Source: Octopus bimaculoides
Lineage: Eukaryota
Direction: 5' to 3'
DNA: 42,380 nt
NCBI RefSeq assembly: GCF_001194135.2
Contig: NC_068985.1
Location: 65,007,238-65,049,617, forward strand
In this document: positions 35,040-42,380 of the stretch, piece by piece
Numbering within the stretch: position 1 is the stretch's first letter
How the letters are laid out: every line of letters starts with the position of its first letter
Notes under the pieces: model-generated
Seen by the model: the letters and a program-made list of their open reading frames with translations, nothing else
Databases searched by the model: none
Told to the model about the DNA's origin: nothing
Position numbers and translations under genes: made by a program

Positions 35040-36725
35040 CCAGGGTAGCAAAAATTCATACAAGTACCACGGATGTAACAGCCTACTTATAAAGGTAGAA
35101 ATTCCAGGTCTTGGTGAAATGTTTTTTTTATCACATAGATGAATAAATAAATGAAGTTAAACGCAGGTGTTATTCAAATCTTTATATGTTTCAAAGAAAG
35201 CATCTGTATTATTCCAGAAGGAATAAAATGATGTAAAACAATGCAATCTTCTCAGGGGAAAAAAGAGAAACAAAACGCATCAATAGAACATTTTAACCAA
35301 ATGTGATTACTACATATATGATGAAGGGAAAACTGGTGCATTATTTGGAAAAAAAAAAACATTAATATATATAACATCAAAGGTAATTTATAGAAAGAGA
35401 AGGGGGAGGAAGAAAGAAACTAGCAGAAAATTAAAAGTAGAGAAATATAGTGCGATAGGTGAATAGGAATAAAGGTTAAAGGCATGGAAATAGATATATT
35501 TAGTGGAAGTGAAATGTAAGAAGACAGTTAAAGGTCGAATTTTATAGACTGGTGGAAATCACTTATAGGAACTAAAGATATGTTTTTGCCTATGTTTGCA
35601 ACGATAAATGGGTCCTTTAAACATGTTTGCAAGAAGATTCCTTGAGAACAGGATGAAATACAGTTCATCGTTACAGAGTGAACAAAAAGATTTACCTTAA
35701 TCATACGGAAATGATTTAGATAGAATATTCCATTTCAAATCAAAATGTTTACTTTGTTCCTTTAGAGACCAAATTAATTTACTAAGCCCAGTATTGTTAC
35801 ATTTATTGTTTTGTCTAAATGTAGAGTAATGATTAGATATACTTTTGGACAACTGAGATGAAGAACTATCTATATAAAAAAAGTAATTTTACATTGATAA
35901 ATAGAGTTTCTAGTCTTAGAATTACTGCTAAGGAAACGAATGCGATTGGAATTTATGCCAGAATGGTTAGTGTTAATAATATCAATGTTACTATTTTCAT
36001 CAAGTGGATTTGTATTTAACAACTTATCATTATGTGAAGAGATAATTTGTGAAACGGTTTTGGTGTTTGAAAACCCTATCCTGATTCAGTGTGCATTAAT
36101 AATTGAATAGTATCTTGAGTTTTTTGGGAAATTCTTATGTATAGCTTTACGAAACTGGTAAGGGAGGTTGGATTTGATCTGCTTACCATATGGAATTATC
36201 AACCAAACAGTTTTGCTAGGACATACCTTGTTATTAGGGTAATTATCTTTAAAAGTCCTCAATGTACCTTATAATGAAAATAAGGTCTTAAAGAACGGCT
36301 ATCTCCCTTATGCTGCAGAATTACATTACTCGATTAAGTGTTGTTATTCGAACTAAAATTTATATTGTCAATATCGTTATGACTTGATTTCATGTCCTGA
36401 TTAATAGAGGTAGAATTAATGTCACTAGGGTTAATATAGGTAATTTTTTCTTTATAGCTTGCTTTAAGTAAGGCAGAGTTATAAAATTTGGCTTTATCGT
36501 TGAAGATATTAACATTAGCAGATAATCTAGAAAGTCTAAGTGAAATATTCCTAACTAAATTCCTTGTAATAGCCTTAGAGTGATTACTGGAAGAACTAAT
36601 ATATTTTAAATTAGTTGAGGGTTTATGGTATGCGAAATATGAATCGTTATGTAAGTTAAGGGTAATATCCAAAAAGTTGGCTTTAGTTATATCATTGTCA
36701 AAAACTGCTAAAGCCCATGTTTCAG
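35040..36725 (-). mobile_element. Penelope-like element, 5'-truncated (RT C-terminus, linker, GIY-YIG, 3' UTR)
   Basis: NFLDITLNL..YHKP...SSNHSKAI..NISLRLSRLS; VWLIIPY..KNFPK..IISSHN; SIYQC..YI(G); CSLCNDELYFIL; CKH. Confidence 0.85.
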
Positions 36726-36761
36726 AAAAACTTAACCAACCTATTTTTAATCCTATGCTGA

Positions 36762-38011
36762 TGACCTTGCACTAATTGCGGAGTCACTATCAGAACTAGA
36801 GGAGAAGTTTCAGATGTGGAAGCAAGGACTAGAATCGAAGGGCCTTAGAGTCAACCTAGCAAAAACCAAAATCCTAAGAAGTAGGAAGGTAGATAAAACA
36901 CAAACCCCTTCAGGTAGATGGCCCTGCTCAGTATGCAGAAAAGGAGTAGGTAGTAACTCTATAAGATGTACCCGGTGCAAGCTATGGACACATAAGAGGT
37001 GCAGCAATATCAAAGGCAGATTAACTACGAAGTTAGTTTTTGTATGTGGCAGATGTTCAGGTGCAATAAACACTGTAAACANNNNNNNNNNNNNNNNNNN
37101 NNNNNNNNNNNNNNNNNNNNNNNNNNNNNNNNNNNNNNNNNNNNNNNNNNNNNNNNNNNNNNNNNNNNNNNNNNNNNNNNNNNNNNNNNNNNNNNNNNNN
37201 NNNNNNNNNNNNNNNNNNNNNNNNNNNNNNNNNNNNNNNNNNNNNNNNNNNNNNNNNNNNNNNNNNNNNNNNNNNNNNNNNNNNNNNNNNNNNNNNNNNN
37301 NNNNNNNNNNNNNNNNNNNNNNNNNNNNNNNNNNNNNNNNNNNNNNNNNNNNNNNNNNNNNNNNNNNNNNNNNNNNNNNNNNNNNNNNNNNNNNNNNNNN
37401 NNNNNNNNNNNNNNNNNNNNNNNNNNNNNNNNNNNNNNNNNNNNNNNNNNNNNNNNNNNNNNNNNNNNNNNNNNNNNNNNNNNNNNNNNNNNNNNNNNNN
37501 NNNNNNNNNNNNNNNNNNNNNNNNNNNNNNNNNNNNNNNNNNNNNNNNNNNNNNNNNNNNNNNNNNNNNNNNNNNNNNNNNNNNNNNNNNNNNNNNNNNN
37601 NNNNNNNNNNNNNNNNNNNNNNNNNNNNNNNNNNNNNNNNNNNNNNNNNNNNNNNNNNNNNNNNNNNNNNNNNNNNNNNNNNNNNNNNNNNNNNNNNNNN
37701 NNNNNNNNNNNNNNNNNNNNNNNNNNNNNNNNNNNNNNNNNNNNNNNNNNNNNNNNNNNNNNNNNNNNNNNNNNNNNNNNNNNNNNNNNNNNNNNNNNNN
37801 NNNNNNNNNNNNNNNNNNNNNNNNNNNNNNNNNNNNNNNNNNNNNNNNNNNNNNNNNNNNNNNNNNNNNNNNNNNNNNNNNNNNNNNNNNNNNNNNNNNN
37901 NNNNNNNNNNNNNNNNNNNNNNNNNNNNNNNNNNNNNNNNNNNNNCAGTCAAATCGTCCAACCCATGCTAGCATGGAAAGCGGACGTTAAACGATGATGA
38001 TGATGATGATG
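36762..38011 (+). mobile_element. Young 5'-truncated RTE (YADD, intact PHD, gap, 3' tail)
   Basis: YADDLALIAESLSELEEKFQMWKQG...WPCSVC...; tail aacccatgctagcatggaaagcggacgttaaac(gat)n. Confidence 0.9.
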
Positions 38012-38013
38012 AA

Positions 38014-38815
38014 TTTCCTTAGCAGTAATTCTAAGACTAGAAACTCGATTTATCAATGTAAAATTACTTCCGGTTCTGACTTCTTTTTTTATATAGGTAG
38101 TTCTTCATCTTAGTTGTCCAAAAGAATATCTAATCATTACTCTACATTTAGACATATCAATAAACGTAACAATACTGGGCTTAGTAAATTAATTTGGTCT
38201 CTAAAGGAACAAAATAAACAATTTGATTTGGAATGGAATATTCTATCTAAATCATTTCCGTATGATTAAGGTAAATCTTTTTGTTCACTCTGTAACGATG
38301 AACTGTATTTCATCCTGTTCTCAGGGAATCCTCTTGTAAACACATTTAAAGAACACGTTTATCATTGCAAACATAGGCAAAAACATACATTTAATTCCTA
38401 TAAGTGATTTCTTACATTCCTGTAAGTGTCTTCTTACATTTCACTTCCACTAAATATATCTATTTCCATGTCTTTAATCTTTATTCCTATTCACCTATCG
38501 CGCTATATTTCTCCACTTTTAATTTTCTGCTAGTTTCTTTCTTCCTCCTCCTCCTCTTTCTATAAATTGCCTTTGATGCTATATATATTAAGGGTTTTTT
38601 TTTTAAATAACATACAAGCTTTCCCTTCATCATATATGCAGTAATCACATTTGGTTAAAATGTCTTATTGATGCGCTCTGTTTCTCTTTTTTTCCCTGAT
38701 GAGAATATTGCATTGTTTTACATCATTTTATTCCTTCTGGGATAATACAGGTGTTTTCTTAAAAACATATGCTGGAAGTATAAAAATTTGAATAACACCT
38801 GCATTTAACTTCATT

Positions 38816-38817
<2 letters not shown>
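38014..38817 (+). mobile_element. Inverted second copy of the Penelope-like 3' part (GIY-YIG + UTR)
   Basis: Reverse-complement match to 35148-35936, reading SIYQCKITSGSDFF[fs]YIGSSS. Confidence 0.88.
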
Positions 38818-38852
<35 letters not shown>

Positions 38853-39290
38853 CATATATACAAAATGTTTGAATGCATGGGTCTTAGTATGTTATTGATT
38901 GTATGGGTGCATGTGTGTGTATATGGATGTGTTTGTGGGTGCATGTGTGTGTGTGTGTGTATATGTGCTTTAATTGTTTTTATTTGTGGATGTGCCAGCA
39001 TATTAGATGTCGTATTTATGTGTGTAAGTATGATGTATGCTAGTGGAGTTGCATGTATGTATGCATGTGGATGTATAGGCATGTGTGTGCATGTGTGTGC
39101 GCACATGTGTGTATGCATGTGTGTGTGTACACCTGGAAGAGGATATGGGGATGCATGTAAATGTGTGTGTGCATGTATATATGCTTCTGTTATTTATGTA
39201 TATGGGTATGGTATGTATGTTGGTATGGTAGGCAGATGTAGTATGTATATTATTGCTAGGATGATGGCCTGGCAATCTCAAGCCTTATGA
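38817..39290. repeat. (TA)n and degenerate (TG)/(TATG) simple repeat
   Basis: Directly visible. Confidence 0.9.
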
Positions 39291-39379
39291 ATGGCCATGC
39301 CATGGACAAGTTCAGAAGAGACTTACTTAATAAATATATTCAAAGAATTCAGCCTGTCCATAATGATAACCCAGCATGA

Positions 39380-39495
39380 CTAACGTTGACTTATTGAATG
39401 TGAGAAAGATAATCTGGTTCAATCCCCCATAGAACCTAGAAGTTTCCACTAACTTAGCTAAGAGCTTCCTGTCATTGATTAAGAAGCATTTCCCC
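39380..39495 (+). mobile_element. Small Penelope-like fragment (different lineage)
   Basis: RKIIWFNPP*NLEVSTNLAKSFLSLIKKHFPK, the typical PLE linker motif. Confidence 0.7.
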
Positions 39496-39499
39496 AAAG

Positions 39500-39960
39500 G
39501 ATGGATGACTTATTAGAGTCCACAACAGACTGAATTAGAAATTTAGTATGAAGGCTGAAGTCCATCAAGGCTCAATTCTCACTCCTCTCCTATTCATCAT
39601 AGTCCTACAAGCCATTACATAAAAGTTTAAGACTGGCTGTTCATAAGAACTCCTATATGCTGGTCATCTAGTTGTCACAGCTAAATAGAAAGGAAATTCC
39701 AAGTATGAAAGCTAAACCTAGTATTGAAAGGTTTTCGGGTAAACTTAGCAAAGATGATGGTTTTCGTGAGTAAGAAAGAAGACAGGGTAGATTGTACAAT
39801 GCTGATATTAGAACTGCAATGCTGCATAATAGCAAGGCATGGGTCTTGAAATGCAGAAGCCATGAGAAAACTGGAAAGAAATGAAGCGTGTTCCATTGGA
39901 TGTATAGTGTAAGTGTGTACAAACAGTATAGTGTAAATGTTGGTGTCACTATAGAGTGCC
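39500..39960 (+). mobile_element. Old internally deleted RTE fragment
   Basis: VHQGSILTPLLFIIVLQAIT..ELLYAG..GFRVNLAK, joined to LYNADIRTAMLHNS. Confidence 0.7.
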
Positions 39961-40108
39961 ATAGAAGAGAGGCAAGCACAGTTTGACCACAGTTTGACCA
40001 CAGCAAAACACACTTTTTTCTTGATCATTTTCATGTCAAAATACATTTTTACCATGGAAAATTATATATCATTTGAAAGTTCTAGATGTGAATTTTTTTC
40101 TCATACAG

Positions 40109-40162
40109 ATCTAATCAAAATCCAGTGCTTACATATCATACCAGGATCCCCCAATCAACCTG
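40109..40162 (+). CDS. Weak candidate 54-nt exon (phase 1 to phase 1)
   Basis: Acceptor tttttttctcatacAG and a weaker donor GTATTT. It reads (D)LIKIQCLHIIPGSPNQPG, and its phase is compatible with the 23948-24029 exon. Confidence 0.3.
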
Positions 40163-41584
40163 GTATTTCCACCCATTCACAGTTTGTCCTGTTTCCCTGG
40201 TTTATTTTTGTTGTTGTTGTTGTTTTTCTTGACTGCTGAATGGAAGCCGTCATTCTAGTTCTATGCACTCGATTTGTATTGAAATTCATAGTCATGAAGA
40301 TGACTGTGTTTGCTTTATCTTGATATAAAAATCGTTGTGAGGTAGGTCAAATAATCATTATGAAATATAAAAAAGAAAAGGTTATCATTAATTTTCACTT
40401 AGAAAAGAATATATTTTCTACAAGATTTTTTTATCATAAGAAAGAAAAATTTCTCACAAATTCAGTATGCTCATTGCTGAATCTAGCCATAATATGGGGA
40501 AAAGGTGCCAAGTCAGTAAAGAGAGTGGTATACCATTGTTACTTGTTAAACTAATGTATTCTCATGCAGTGTGAAGTCAAGTGAAACACAAATCTAAGAC
40601 TTCAAATATCATGTTTGAGCCAGATTTTCAAGAAATGGATGAACTAATTACTAAGTAGACATATATTTTTATGAAGAAATGCACTAAACTGAGCCACATA
40701 AATCTTCTGGGGCCCAAAATTAACATGAAATTGTCATATTGAGAATGTTGTTTGTTCACTTTCACTATTTTAACATGTGGAAAGCAATGTTCAAATTTCT
40801 TGTACATGTAAATTTTCTTTTTCTTTGAGAAGTTTTGGTAAAATGTCACTAATCAAAATTATATTGTGCAATGATTATTATTTTGTAGATTATTAAAGTC
40901 AAATGTGATGTTTTTTTCTGAATTTTGAATAGTGCAGAGAAGGGTGGTGTGGAAACAAATCAAATTTTCAAAAATTGTTTTTCATAAAAAGCTTTCATGA
41001 TAAAAAAATTGGAAAAATTCCTGTGAAAACAGAAAACCCAACTTCCTGACCCAAAATGCCATCAGTTATAGCCTTTTTAATAGTCCATTAAAATGTTACT
41101 GAAATGGCATCATGTCCCAAAATCTCAGGATTTATTCAGTTCTATACCTACTACAAACATGCCAAAACTCAAGTTGCTGTGTCTTTTTGATTTAGTTAGG
41201 TTTGAAAGCACTGTGAAATTGACTTTTTGTTACACATAACAAAACTGGCTTTACATAAATATGTAAAAGATTACCAAAAAAAGTTTCTTTTCCAAGTACC
41301 TGAAACAAAATAGGCAACAGTTATATCATCGTCACTATAATTTGTGTAATTTGAAGATGATTATCACCTCAGTTTCATCACAAATATGGCTAGTTATTCA
41401 TTTAGACCAAAAAGGCAAGATTTCAACCGATTTACTGACTATTCAAATTGTCATATTTCCTAAAATATTCATCCAAATTTCATAAATAAGGTACTAAAGT
41501 TTTCCTTTTTAGATGCTCTCCAAAAAAAAAGTACTGTAGACACTACATTTAGATACTTTCAAAACTTTATAGTGATACCTAATA

Positions 41585-41850
41585 AATGTGCTGAAAGAAA
41601 AACTGGGCAATAGCAGAATCAGATGTAGTGTGCAAGAAAGAAGACTGCACTGGTATAGACACACAATAAGTATGGATGAGGACAGCTGAATAAAGAAGTG
41701 ACAATAAGTAAACATAACTGAAGCTTGTGGTTGAGTGAGACCCAGAAAGAAATGGGATGAAATGATGAAAATTAATCTCAGGATTCTGAGCCTCATGGAT
41801 AGCAAAGGATTGGAATGTCTGACAGTATGTGGTTCATCAGAAGACATGTC
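41585..41850 (+). mobile_element. Old RTE C-terminal fragment
   Basis: LKEKLGNSRIRCSVQERRLHWY...RPRKKWDE. Confidence 0.7.
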
Positions 41851-41889
41851 CATTGTAGAAAAACTGACTACTGAGAGTACTGTGTATTT

Positions 41890-41922
<33 letters not shown>

Positions 41923-42264
41923 ATGTTTGGTGGGGATATATGATCTGGGTGGATACTATAGTGGCTCTCAGTTATGTTCTAGGTTATGGTTAACTGCATC
42001 AATCAGTATTTAACGTCTATGACTACTATTAGTCATCAGTCACTCTGTAAATTCTTCCAATGGGTAATTTCTTGTTTGCTTCATTGGATAGAACTACTGT
42101 CTGGAGTATGTATTAGCAATAATTATAATGATATACAACATGAAGACTTGTTCATTTCCTCTTTTTTACAATTTTATACAGCATATTTTTATGGTTATAC
42201 AAGGAAATAAATTTTGAGGATGAACAAGTCTCCATGTTCTATATTGTTATAATTATTGCTAATA

Positions 42265-42293
42265 CACATAGACACACACACACACACACACAC

Positions 42294-42344
<51 letters not shown>

Positions 42345-42380
42345 CATATATACATACACCTGTACAGATATATATATCTT
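42265..42380. repeat. (CA)/(TG)/(TA) microsatellites
   Basis: Directly visible. (TG)n is also at 41892-41920. Confidence 0.95.

Noticed and set aside
35690-35710. Alternative genetic code to explain the shared TAA in both PLE arms
   Set aside because: The same element also has TGA stops and frameshifts, so ordinary decay explains it.
38690-38790. Minimal hammerhead expected in Penelope 3' region
   Set aside because: ctgatgag at 38697 has no correctly placed stem II/GAAA. The cttctg..gaaac region in the other arm lacks an intact core, so it cannot be supported.
40240-41480. Possible non-autonomous DNA transposon
   Set aside because: Only short partial inverted matches were seen (ctagccata/tatggctag), with no convincing TIR or TSD.

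Overview
An AT-rich, repeat-saturated animal genomic window. The SINE and RTE families present, and the (GAT)n/(TTA)n tails, suggest an octopus-like cephalopod, but this is inference from repeat recognition and not from a database search. Most of the sequence is nested and mostly decayed transposons. These are about 10 RTE-clade LINE pieces of different ages and a full-length decayed Gypsy LTR element inserted into an RTE. There are also four R4/Dong-like RLE-type LINE fragments, three L1/Tx1-clade fragments, a Buster/SPIN-type hAT transposon, a second unclassified transposase remnant, Penelope-like (GIY-YIG) elements in inverted arrangement, two tandem SINEs and many microsatellites. One well-formed 82-nt + strand exon (23948-24029) and a weaker 54-nt candidate (40109-40162) suggest that much of the window is intronic in an unidentified host gene. 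No intact TE ORF, rRNA, tRNA gene or CRISPR array was found. The most notable observations are three. A complete C4HC3 PHD finger is inserted inside the RTE reverse transcriptase. A structured 62-bp double-hairpin tandem array lies in the RTE 3' UTR. The two Gypsy LTRs have diverged almost entirely by transitions.
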